This document shows, in pieces, positions 6,043-13,604 of a DNA stretch of 18,298 bases. Origin of the DNA: Candidatus Woesearchaeota archaeon. Its GTDB lineage: Archaea; Nanobdellota; Nanobdellia; Woesearchaeales; JAHWHD01. A program made the position numbers and the translations under genes. The notes beneath the pieces were generated by a model, which saw only the letters and a program-made list of their open reading frames with translations, was not told the DNA's origin and did not search any database. Position 1 is the first letter of the stretch. Every line of letters begins with the position of its first letter. The stretch spans positions 1 to 18,298 of the forward strand of contig JAHWHD010000103.1 in the NCBI GenBank assembly GCA_019323525.1, given 5' to 3'.

Positions 6043-6728
6043 ATATTCTTAATCTTCTTATCTTTAAGGATCTCTTTACCTCCCTCAAGAGCTATCTTTC
6101 CATCCTCAAGAACATAAGTCCTGTCAGCTATCTTTACAGCCTGTTTTGCATTCTGCTCGACTATAATGACAGATATGCCTTCCTTGTTTATCTCGACGAT
6201 CTTCTCAAATATGTGCTTCATTGCTTTCGGGGATAATCCAAGAGAAGGTTCATCTAAAAGAAGAAGTTCAGGACTTTGTATTAGAGCCCTTGCAATAGCT
6301 AACATCTGCTGCTGACCTCCTGAAAGAGTAAATGCGTAATCATTTTGTTTATCTTTAAGGAAAGAAAACTTCTCAAACACGTCTTGAAGGTTTCTTGCAA
6401 GTACCTCGCGGTCCTTCATAATAAACCCGCCCATCTCAAGGTTCTCTTTGACAGTCAGGTCAGAAAAAACCTGCCTTCCCTGAGGCACGTAACTCACACC
6501 CTCATAGATAAGTTCATGTGTTGGCAGTCTTGTTATGTTCTTATCCTTGAACATGATCTCCCCAGAATAAACCTTGCAGAGATTAAAGATACTTTTCAAT
6601 AACGTGCTTTTCCCAGCACCATTCGGACCGATTAACGCAACAATCTCAGCTGGTTTAACCTCTAAACTAACCTCTTTTAGAATCTCCATCCTGTCATATC
6701 CGGCTCGCAGTCCCTCTATCTTTAGCAT
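6024..6728 (-). CDS. livF: branched-chain amino acid type ABC transporter ATP-binding protein, LivF-like
   Basis: MLKIEGLRAGYDRMEILKEVSLEVKPAEIVALIGPNGAGKSTLLKSIF (Walker A), GVSYVPQGRQVFSDLTVKENLEMGGF (LivF-typical block), LSGGQQQMLAIARAL (signature), LLLLDEPSLGL (Walker B). Confidence 0.9.
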   Translation of the reverse strand: MLKIEGLRAGYDRMEILKEVSLEVKPAEIVALIGPNGAGKSTLLKSIFNLCKVYSGEIMFKDKNITRLPTHELIYEGVSYVPQGRQVFSDLTVKENLEMGGFIMKDREVLARNLQDVFEKFSFLKDKQNDYAFTLSGGQQQMLAIARALIQSPELLLLDEPSLGLSPKAMKHIFEKIVEINKEGISVIIVEQNAKQAVKIADRTYVLEDGKIALEGGKEILKDKKIKNIYFGGR

Positions 6729-6763
6729 AATAAAAAAAATAAAGAAAAAAGAGTTAATAAATG
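6729..6763 (-). promoter_or_regulatory. SBP2-to-livF junction element: TTTATTAAC-TC-TTTTTTC plus T8 on the coding strand (candidate internal promoter with embedded oligo-T terminator)
   Basis: Minus strand reads TAA-CATTTATTAACTCTTTTTTCTTTATTTTTTTTATT-ATG. The core TTTATTAAYNCTTTTTC recurs before livG and livH. Confidence 0.5.
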
Positions 6764-7867
6764 TTACCTTTGCAAAGGCCTGATCTCTCCTTCTTCAACA
6801 ATCCACCACATAAAATCTCTTACTGCATCTCCTTTGGCATTGACGCTGTAACTTCCTATCACACCTTCTCTATCTTCAAACGAGTAAAGCTTGTCTCTTA
6901 TGCATTTTGAGTCTGAGCACCCGTCAAGAGCATCATAAAGTGCCATGTAAACATCATACCCGAGCCCTGCATGCATCTCTTCAGGAACCTTTTCTCCAAA
7001 CTCTGCTTCATACGCTTTAAGATATTCCTTCATAGCATCAGAGCCACCATCATAAGCATACGTCAGTATCAAAAGCCCTTCAGCAGCCTCACCAATGACA
7101 TTCTTGAGCACTGTCCTTGAAAAAAACCCTTCATTCCCTATCAGCTGTGTTCCAATGTTAAGCTCTTTAGCCTGTTTCACAAGCAAAGCCCCTGATATCG
7201 GCGACTGCACAAGCATGAGTATTGCTTCTGGCCCAGCTTCATTGATCTTCAGCAGCTGCGTCTTCACATCACTGTCACCAGTGTTAAAGCTCTCGGCACT
7301 AACGATCTCTCCTCTAAAGCTGTCAACAAACGAGTCCTTCCAGCCGACAGCATAGTCGGTATTCTCATAAACGATTCCAATTCTTTCATACCCTGACTCT
7401 TCTAACATCAAAGCAGTCCTCTCTGCAAAAAGGTCAGCAGAGCTTGATATCCTAAAAACATAATCTCCAGCTTCTGAGATGGCTGGAGTGCTTGATATCG
7501 GAGATATCAGTATCTTTTCCTGAGCCTCTGTCAAAGGAGCGATTGCTAAAGTGCTGCCACCGCATATAGAGGAGACAACAATGTCAACACCATCAACATT
7601 CAACAGCTTATTTGCAGCAGTAACAGCTTCTTTTGGTATGCATTTGTCGTCTTCATAGATAACCTCAATCTCTCTTCCATTCACTGCGCTATATTGGGCA
7701 TGCGCAAGCTCAAAGGAGTTCTTGACATAGACGCCTGGATTAGCTAATGGGCCTGTAAGAGGTCCTATAAATCCTATCTTGACTGTCTGTTGTTCTTGCG
7801 GTAGATTCATGAATATAGCTATTGCAATAATTGCTACAATTCCAATGGTCAGTATTATTTTTTTCAT
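6764..7867 (-). CDS. ABC transporter substrate-binding protein, Liv/PBP type I family (SBP2), N-terminal TM anchor without lipobox Cys
   Basis: MKKIILTIGIVAIIAIAIFMNLPQEQQTVKIGFIGPLTGPLANPG..EVIYEDDKC..AVTAANKLL. Track start 7876 is a TTG. ATG 7867 fits the TATA spacing (TTTATATA on the minus strand at 7893-7900). Confidence 0.9.
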   Translation of the reverse strand: MKKIILTIGIVAIIAIAIFMNLPQEQQTVKIGFIGPLTGPLANPGVYVKNSFELAHAQYSAVNGREIEVIYEDDKCIPKEAVTAANKLLNVDGVDIVVSSICGGSTLAIAPLTEAQEKILISPISSTPAISEAGDYVFRISSSADLFAERTALMLEESGYERIGIVYENTDYAVGWKDSFVDSFRGEIVSAESFNTGDSDVKTQLLKINEAGPEAILMLVQSPISGALLVKQAKELNIGTQLIGNEGFFSRTVLKNVIGEAAEGLLILTYAYDGGSDAMKEYLKAYEAEFGEKVPEEMHAGLGYDVYMALYDALDGCSDSKCIRDKLYSFEDREGVIGSYSVNAKGDAVRDFMWWIVEEGEIRPLQR

Positions 7868-7903
7868 CTTACTCAAGGAGTAACTTCTTAAGTATATAAA
7901 CGC

Positions 7904-7926
7904 TTGTTGTAGAAAATCTACTACAA
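7904..7926. promoter_or_regulatory. candidate operator: palindrome TTGTTGTAGAA-A-ATCTACTACAA between the divergent SBP2 and TrmB2 promoters
   Basis: 9 of 11 arm positions pair around centre 7915. Flanked by TATATAAA (7893-7900, faces SBP2) and TTAAATA (about 7938-7944, roughly 27 nt before ATG 7968). Confidence 0.55.
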
Positions 7927-7967
7927 AATAGAAAAGCTTAAATACTGCAGTCTAACACTATTTTATC

Positions 7968-8687
7968 ATGTCAAAAGAATCAATACTAAAAGACCTTGGA
8001 CTCTCAGATAAAGAGATAAAAGTCTATCTTACCCTGCTCTCAGTCGGACAATCCACAGTAAACAAGATCGCATTAAAATCAAAACTTAACAGGGTGACAT
8101 GCTACGATGTGCTTAACTATCTGAAAGATAAAGGTCTTGTATCATACGTAATAAAGTCTGGCGTTAAGTATTTTGAGGCATCTGAACCGCAGAAACTTCT
8201 GGGAGATCTCCAGGAAAAAGAGGACAAACTAAAGTCAATACTTCCTGAACTAGAACTTCTTAAAAAATCAGTAAAGCAAAAACCCTCTATCGAGCTCTAC
8301 GAAGGCCTTGCTGGCCTCAAGACTGTTGTTGAGGACGTATTGAAGGAAAATAAGGAATGCTGGTTCCTTGTAGCACCTAACTTCATAGATGAACTTCAGT
8401 ACTATTTCCCTCATTTCATTACAAAGAAACGAAAACAAGGCATGTTCTCAAAAGTTATTGCAGAACACTGCGAAAGGATGCGTGATTACAAGAAGAACAA
8501 CCCCAAACGTTTTATTGATATGCGTCTTGTAAAAGCTAAGTTTCCCACAACAAAGATCATCTACGGAGATAAAGTAGCCATCCTAACATTCGAAAAAGAT
8601 AATTCTATAGGGATCATAATGGAGAACAAAGCTATAGCAGAAACTGAACGAAAACAGTTTAATCTTTTGTGGGGTATTGCTAAATAG
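7968..8687 (+). CDS. TrmB-family transcriptional regulator, short form (TrmB2, 239 aa)
   Basis: LKDLGLSDKEIKVYLTLLSVGQSTVNKIALKSKLNRVTCYDVLNYLKDKGLVSYV, and the shared C-terminal domain (IELYEG.AGLKT, FPHFI, YGDKVAI, LLW). Confidence 0.85.
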   Translation: MSKESILKDLGLSDKEIKVYLTLLSVGQSTVNKIALKSKLNRVTCYDVLNYLKDKGLVSYVIKSGVKYFEASEPQKLLGDLQEKEDKLKSILPELELLKKSVKQKPSIELYEGLAGLKTVVEDVLKENKECWFLVAPNFIDELQYYFPHFITKKRKQGMFSKVIAEHCERMRDYKKNNPKRFIDMRLVKAKFPTTKIIYGDKVAILTFEKDNSIGIIMENKAIAETERKQFNLLWGIAK

Positions 8688-9771
8688 CAACACCATTCAC
8701 AATCTTCTTAACTAGAAAATCTTTAGTGAACCCTCCTTTGCCGTCTGAAACAAGACTTCCAGAAACACCTTCATACTCTTCTATACCATTCATGTACTCC
8801 TGAAGTGCTGAAGGATCTGTCGAACCTGTCTCTCTCATTGCCTCGGCGATTATCATAACAGCATCATACGCTGAAGCTGCTCCTATGTCTATAGGTATTC
8901 CAAACTCTGCTTCATACCTTTCCTTAAATTCCTGTGTGGGTGTCAGGAATGTTAAGAATTCCATTCCCTCATAAGCCCCTTCTGCAGCCTTGATTACATC
9001 AGCGTCTATTGTTATGGAATACAATGGTAAGTCTACTCCAAGCTCCCTAGCTCTTTTAGCTACCAATACACCCACAAGCACACCGTCAGTTGTAGACACG
9101 ATTGCATCCATCTCTGTATTATCCTTGATTTTTAAAGCCTCTGTACTCACATCCTTCTCTTGAGGGTTAGGCTCAACTAAAACCTCTACAGAACCGCCAA
9201 GTTCTTTAAACCTATCACTGAACGCAGTAGTCTGGTCCTTTACCCAGACGTTTTGAGCTCCGATAAGGGCGACTTTCCTGTGTCCTTTTTCATATATCAG
9301 GTCTGCAAGGTTCTGTGATAATATAAAATCATGCGGCCATGTGTTAAACAATAACTTGCTTTCTTCATTAAATTCCTTGACACCCAATGAAGGAGACACC
9401 ATCAGGATGTTCTTCTCTTTAGCCAGTTCTACTAAAGGCAGCCCTGTATGCGACCATGTAGTTCCTATTATAACATCAATACCATCTAGCTCAGTCAATT
9501 TTCTAAAAGCGCTTAACGCATTTTTTGGGTCGCTATGGTCGTCCTCAAAAATCACTCTTAACGATTTTCCATTGACGCCTCCATCTGCGTTAATGTCTTG
9601 GACAGCCAAATCAATGCCATTCTTTGCTGCTGTTCCCCAAGAAGCTCCTTCGCCTGTCAAGATAAGGATGCTGCCTATTTTAATATCTTCAGCTTGCTTG
9701 CATCCTGATAAGGCTATTAATGAAATCATTGCGATAATCATGACATTTAAAATATAATCTCTTATTTTCAT
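8680..9771 (-). CDS. ABC transporter substrate-binding protein, Liv/PBP type I family (SBP3), lipobox-like anchor
   Basis: ..MISLIALSGCKQAEDIKIGSILILTGEGASWGTAAKNGIDLAVQDINADGGVNGKSLRVIFEDD... Its start lies 2 nt after the SBP4 stop, so the two are tightly coupled. Confidence 0.9.
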   Translation of the reverse strand: MKIRDYILNVMIIAMISLIALSGCKQAEDIKIGSILILTGEGASWGTAAKNGIDLAVQDINADGGVNGKSLRVIFEDDHSDPKNALSAFRKLTELDGIDVIIGTTWSHTGLPLVELAKEKNILMVSPSLGVKEFNEESKLLFNTWPHDFILSQNLADLIYEKGHRKVALIGAQNVWVKDQTTAFSDRFKELGGSVEVLVEPNPQEKDVSTEALKIKDNTEMDAIVSTTDGVLVGVLVAKRARELGVDLPLYSITIDADVIKAAEGAYEGMEFLTFLTPTQEFKERYEAEFGIPIDIGAASAYDAVMIIAEAMRETGSTDPSALQEYMNGIEEYEGVSGSLVSDGKGGFTKDFLVKKIVNGVAI

Positions 9772-9773
9772 TT

Positions 9774-10868
9774 TTATTCACCTATCCTAACAATATCTTC
9801 TCCTTCCACCCTGAACATCTTCTCCCTTACAGAACGTACAATACCGTCTTCGCTCATCGACAATGTGCCTGCCAATCCTTTGAAATCTTTTATAGAATAA
9901 AGAGAATTCTTTAACCCTTCACCGCGAACATCTCCTTTCTTCATAGCCTCTGCAACCATCATCATAGAATCATACCCTGTGACTGCAAACAATAACTGGT
10001 CTGGTATTTCTCCATACTCGGCTTCATACTTAGAAACAAATGCATCTAACTCTTCTGACTGTTCATCCCAGAAAGTGAAATAAGTACCATCAGCAGCACC
10101 TTGTGCACTCTCTATCACTGTCCTGGAGCTTATCGTGTCTATACCAACAAATTGTGACTCAATAGCCATCTCTCTTGCCTGTTTCAATACAATGCCTTGC
10201 TCCTCAAAACCTATGATAACTATAAAATCAAAATCACCTTCTTTCATCTTTGTCAGCTGCACCCTGAAATCTCCCTGGTCAGGATCATAACCTTCCAATC
10301 TCTCCACTTCACCGCCAAGTTCTGTGAATTGTTCTATAAAAGCCCCCTTTACAAGCTCGATAAAAGGGTCTGCTTTATTATACAATATCCCTGTCCGTTC
10401 CTCGCCCCTCTCTGCAAGAAATTCTGCCATAGTATAACCTATGCCTTCATCATATATGCCGACTGCAAAAGAATAATCTCCGACCTCGGCGATCTCTTCG
10501 CTTGTATCTACCGTATTTACGACAACAACCCTATCCCTCTCAGCATTGGGAGAGGTTGTGAATATCCCTGAATAACTTGTTGTAAGTACTACATCAACAT
10601 CATCCACTCTTGTGAATTTCTGATAATTGGTAAGAGTCTCCTTACCCTCAAACTTATCATCCTGGTACAAGAATTCTATCTGCTTTCCGTTGATACCTCC
10701 AGCAGCATTTATCTCATCGATAGCTATCTCTACACCGCGGAAATTGTTTTTGCCGAGAGATGCAAGATTGCCTGTAAGTCCGCCGCTCCATCCTACCTTA
10801 ACTGTGTCAGAAGAACATCCAAAAATAAACAAGCATAATACTAATATTGTTATTATTACGGTTTTCAT
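9774..10868 (-). CDS. ABC transporter substrate-binding protein, Liv/PBP type I family (SBP4), lipobox-like anchor
   Basis: MKTVIITILVLCLFIFGCSSDTVKVGWSGGLTGNLASLGKNNFRGVEIAIDEINAAGGINGKQIEFLYQDD.. Confidence 0.9.
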   Translation of the reverse strand: MKTVIITILVLCLFIFGCSSDTVKVGWSGGLTGNLASLGKNNFRGVEIAIDEINAAGGINGKQIEFLYQDDKFEGKETLTNYQKFTRVDDVDVVLTTSYSGIFTTSPNAERDRVVVVNTVDTSEEIAEVGDYSFAVGIYDEGIGYTMAEFLAERGEERTGILYNKADPFIELVKGAFIEQFTELGGEVERLEGYDPDQGDFRVQLTKMKEGDFDFIVIIGFEEQGIVLKQAREMAIESQFVGIDTISSRTVIESAQGAADGTYFTFWDEQSEELDAFVSKYEAEYGEIPDQLLFAVTGYDSMMMVAEAMKKGDVRGEGLKNSLYSIKDFKGLAGTLSMSEDGIVRSVREKMFRVEGEDIVRIGE

Positions 10869-10916
10869 TTTATATATTTTTACCAGAATTATTATATAAA
10901 TATATCGATAAAAAAA
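10869..10916 (-). promoter_or_regulatory. livG-to-SBP4 junction: T7 terminator candidate directly after the livG stop, then a TATA-like TTTATATA about 28 nt before the SBP4 ATG
   Basis: Minus strand reads TAG-TTTTTTT-ATCGATATATTTATATAATAATTCTGGTAAAAATATATAAA-ATG. A-run 10910-10916 and TATATAAA 10893-10900 on the plus strand. Confidence 0.45.
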
Positions 10917-11645
10917 CTATTCCCCAAGATAAGCCTCTAGAACCATCTTATTATTTTTTATCTTGTTTGGTTCACCTTCTGCGATAACCCTTCCCTCATC
11001 CATCACAATAACTTTATCAGCTATGCCCAATGTGAAGTTCATATCATGTTCTATTAACAATATCGTCTCGCCTTTTTTCTTTAACTCCAGCAATATATCT
11101 GCAATCTCCTTTCTTAGTTTAGGGTTAACCCCTGCTACTGGCTCGTCTAACATCAGCAACTGATGAGGTTTAGTCACTGTTCGCATTAACTCTACCAACC
11201 TTTTCTGACCAAAGCTTAAATTTCTAGTTAATCTGTTCTCAAACCTCTCCATACTCACCAGCTTCAGTGCGTCCTTAATCTCTTTATCATCAATCGTCCT
11301 GTCCTTAATAAGGTTCTTCCAGAACTTGGTGTTCTCAGTATCTAAACCTAGCATTAAATTATCTCTAACACTTAAATTTGTAAAGAGTTTAGAGCGCTGA
11401 AACAATCTAGAAATTCCAAGATTTGCGATTTTCTCTGGAGAAAGATTAGTTATATCAGTATTGTTAAATATCACCTTGCCAGAATCAGCCTTTAACACGC
11501 CTGATACAAGATTAAACATGGTAGTCTTACCAGAACCGTTCGGACCAATCAAAGCAGTAATCAGCCCTTTATCTACCTCAAAACTGCAGTTATTAACAGC
11601 TTTCACACCGCCAAAGTGTTTCCTGAGGTTTCTAATCTTTAACAT
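10917..11645 (-). CDS. livG: branched-chain amino acid type ABC transporter ATP-binding protein, LivG-like
   Basis: MLKIRNLRKHFGGVKAVNNCSFEVDKGLITALIGPNGSGKTTMFNLVSGVLKADSG (LivG-typical FGG.KAV and Walker A), LSFGQKRLVELMRTV (signature), LLMLDEPVAGVNP (Walker B), EAYLGE terminus. Confidence 0.9.
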   Translation of the reverse strand: MLKIRNLRKHFGGVKAVNNCSFEVDKGLITALIGPNGSGKTTMFNLVSGVLKADSGKVIFNNTDITNLSPEKIANLGISRLFQRSKLFTNLSVRDNLMLGLDTENTKFWKNLIKDRTIDDKEIKDALKLVSMERFENRLTRNLSFGQKRLVELMRTVTKPHQLLMLDEPVAGVNPKLRKEIADILLELKKKGETILLIEHDMNFTLGIADKVIVMDEGRVIAEGEPNKIKNNKMVLEAYLGE

Positions 11646-11687
11646 AAAGCAAATAAAGAGAAAAAGTGTTAATAAATCTTTGGATAT
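11646..11687 (-). promoter_or_regulatory. SBP5-to-livG junction element: ATCCAAAGA-TTTATTAAC-AC-TTTTTC (candidate internal promoter plus oligo-T)
   Basis: Minus strand reads TAA-ATATCCAAAGATTTATTAACACTTTTTCTCTTTATTTGCTTT-ATG. Shares the 17-nt core with the livF and livH junctions. Confidence 0.5.
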
Positions 11688-12791
11688 TTAAACCTTGATA
11701 AACAGGCCATCCTTAACCTGTTTGATAAATATTGGTTTCTCAACATCTCCGTTCTTATCAAAACTAAACACACCAGACCCTCCCTTAAAGCCTTTTGCAT
11801 TCAATAGATACTGCTTGGCATCATATGGGTTCTCACCAACCTTCTCTATCGCTGTAGCTAACACCATCATAGCATCATAAGATGTTGCAGCTGAAAAGTC
11901 TGGAAGTTCATTATATCTATCTTTGTATTTCTGAATAAATCCACTTATACTCTGTTCTTTAGAATCAGTATCATAGACGTATGGATATGTTAGTCCTTCG
12001 GCAACCTCGCTGTAATCTTTTAACAACTGCGCATTCTCTGCCCCGAACGATGCCAGCCATTTTACATCGACATCTAATTCTTTTGCCTGTTTCATTAACA
12101 AACCTAGTGTTGGACCAGATGCATGAAGATTAAAGATGGTATCTGGTTGCTCTTCATTAACTTTGATAATCTCTGAGTGTACATCTTTTTGGGTTAATAC
12201 AAATCCTTCCTCAGCAACAATCTCTCCGCCAAGTTCCTCAAAGCTCTCCCTAAAATGTTTAACATGCTCTTTACCAAAAGACGTTTCAGAACGTAAAACA
12301 CCTACCCTTCTTGAACCCATCTCATTATAAGCATACTCTGCTAATACATCCATCATATCATTTATGGTTGGCACTGTTCTAAAAAATAAATCATCCTGGC
12401 TTACTGTGTCTAGTATGCATACCGGTGATATGAGCAAAACCCCAGCTTCATTAGTAACAGGAACCATCGTACCTGTTGTCTCGCTCCAGGAATCCCCGAT
12501 TATGAATCTAACACCATCAAGATTGATTAACTTGTTAACAGCAGTCACTGCCTTTGCTGGCTGTGCTTCAGAATCCTCAACCACAAACTCTACCATCTTA
12601 CCATTGATACCCCCTCTAGTATTTATCTCTTCTTTAGCAATTTCTAATCCTCTCAGCTCTTGCTGTCCAAGATAAGATCCTACACCTGTCATGGTTCCGA
12701 CTACACCAATCTTAATGGTCTGTTTTTCTTGACATCCTGATAGTGCAATAATGCACACCAATACTACCAATATAACGATTTTTGTATTCAT
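11688..12791 (-). CDS. ABC transporter substrate-binding protein, Liv/PBP type I family (SBP5), lipobox-like anchor
   Basis: MNTKIVILVVLVCIIALSGCQEKQTIKIGVVGTMTGVGSYLGQQELRGLEIAKEEINTRGGINGKMVEFVVEDSEAQPAKAVTAVNKLI. Confidence 0.9.
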   Translation of the reverse strand: MNTKIVILVVLVCIIALSGCQEKQTIKIGVVGTMTGVGSYLGQQELRGLEIAKEEINTRGGINGKMVEFVVEDSEAQPAKAVTAVNKLINLDGVRFIIGDSWSETTGTMVPVTNEAGVLLISPVCILDTVSQDDLFFRTVPTINDMMDVLAEYAYNEMGSRRVGVLRSETSFGKEHVKHFRESFEELGGEIVAEEGFVLTQKDVHSEIIKVNEEQPDTIFNLHASGPTLGLLMKQAKELDVDVKWLASFGAENAQLLKDYSEVAEGLTYPYVYDTDSKEQSISGFIQKYKDRYNELPDFSAATSYDAMMVLATAIEKVGENPYDAKQYLLNAKGFKGGSGVFSFDKNGDVEKPIFIKQVKDGLFIKV

Positions 12792-12829
12792 TCTAAACCT
12801 GTATACTGCAGAATCTACTTAAAAATTAG

Positions 12830-12847
12830 TCCTCCAATATTGTAGGA
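12830..12847. promoter_or_regulatory. candidate operator: palindrome TCCTCCAAT|ATTGTAGGA between the divergent SBP5 and TrmB3 promoters
   Basis: 8 of 9 arm positions pair. Flanked by TTAAAAATTA (12819-12828, faces SBP5) and TTTAAATATA (12859-12868, centre about 26 nt before ATG 12890). Confidence 0.5.
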
Positions 12848-12889
12848 TAGAAATAAACTTTAAATATAACCCTTCTTCTATTACAATAT

Positions 12890-13603
12890 ATGGACACGAA
12901 AATTTTAGAAGATATTGGATTAACCCAGAGAGAGATCAAGGTTTATCTAGCTTTACTAGAGCTAGGTCCAAGCACAGCAGGTTCTGTTCTGGAAAAAGCC
13001 AATCTTCAGAACTCGGTTTTCCATTTCTGTGTTAATCGTTTGATTGACAAAGGACTTGTTTCATATGTTAAGAAAGGAAAAGTTAGGGTTTACCAGGCAG
13101 CTGACCCTGACCAGTTCTTGATCTATGTCAAGGATAAGGAAAACCAGGTTCAGAAATTACTTCCAGAATTAAAAGCAAAACAGTCTTTTGCTAAAGATAA
13201 GCAAGAGGTTGAACTGTTTGAGGGTATAAAAGGAATCTATACTTTGATGAACACAATGATTAACAATGCCAAGAGAGGAGATGAACATCTGTTCTTTTCA
13301 GCTGACATAGACGAGATAAACGAAGATATCCAGAAATTCTTCAGAAGGTTCGATGCAAAACGAAAAGATAAAGGTATACTTGCAAAAGGCATTGCCCCCA
13401 AAAAACTAAAATACCTGTTCAAAGGACGTCCTATAAAGATGAAATACACAAATACGCCAATACCGGCCAACAGTGCTGTATGCGGTGACATGTTGAACTA
13501 TATTGTCTGGGGAGATAAACCAACAGGGGTACTAATAAAATCAAAGCATATCGCAAAAAAACAAAAAGAGTTCTTTAAGGAATTGTGGAATTCGATTAGA
13601 TAA
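12890..13603 (+). CDS. TrmB-family transcriptional regulator, short form (TrmB3, 237 aa), the most divergent paralogue
   Basis: LEDIGLTQREIKVYLALLELGPSTAGSVLEKANLQNSVFHFCVNRLIDKGLVSYV, then VELFEG.KGI and ELW near the C-terminus. Confidence 0.8.
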   Translation: MDTKILEDIGLTQREIKVYLALLELGPSTAGSVLEKANLQNSVFHFCVNRLIDKGLVSYVKKGKVRVYQAADPDQFLIYVKDKENQVQKLLPELKAKQSFAKDKQEVELFEGIKGIYTLMNTMINNAKRGDEHLFFSADIDEINEDIQKFFRRFDAKRKDKGILAKGIAPKKLKYLFKGRPIKMKYTNTPIPANSAVCGDMLNYIVWGDKPTGVLIKSKHIAKKQKEFFKELWNSIR

Positions 13604-13604
13604 G

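Noticed and set aside
6767-6778. Perfect 12-bp palindrome CCTTTGCAAAGG at the 3' end of the SBP2 coding region, just before the T-rich junction
   Set aside because: It could form a small hairpin ahead of the oligo-T tract, but it is inside coding sequence, would have a zero-length loop, and has no counterpart at the SBP5 or SBP6 ends.
7942-7950. The 9-mer ATACTGCAG occurs in two spacers (7942-7950 and 12803-12811), with a near copy GTATACTGGAG at 16450-16460
   Set aside because: Its position relative to the genes is inconsistent: it is next to the trmB2 start in one case and next to the SBP start in the others. It contains the self-complementary CTGCAG, and with only two exact copies in AT-rich spacers I cannot separate it from chance without a genome-wide count.
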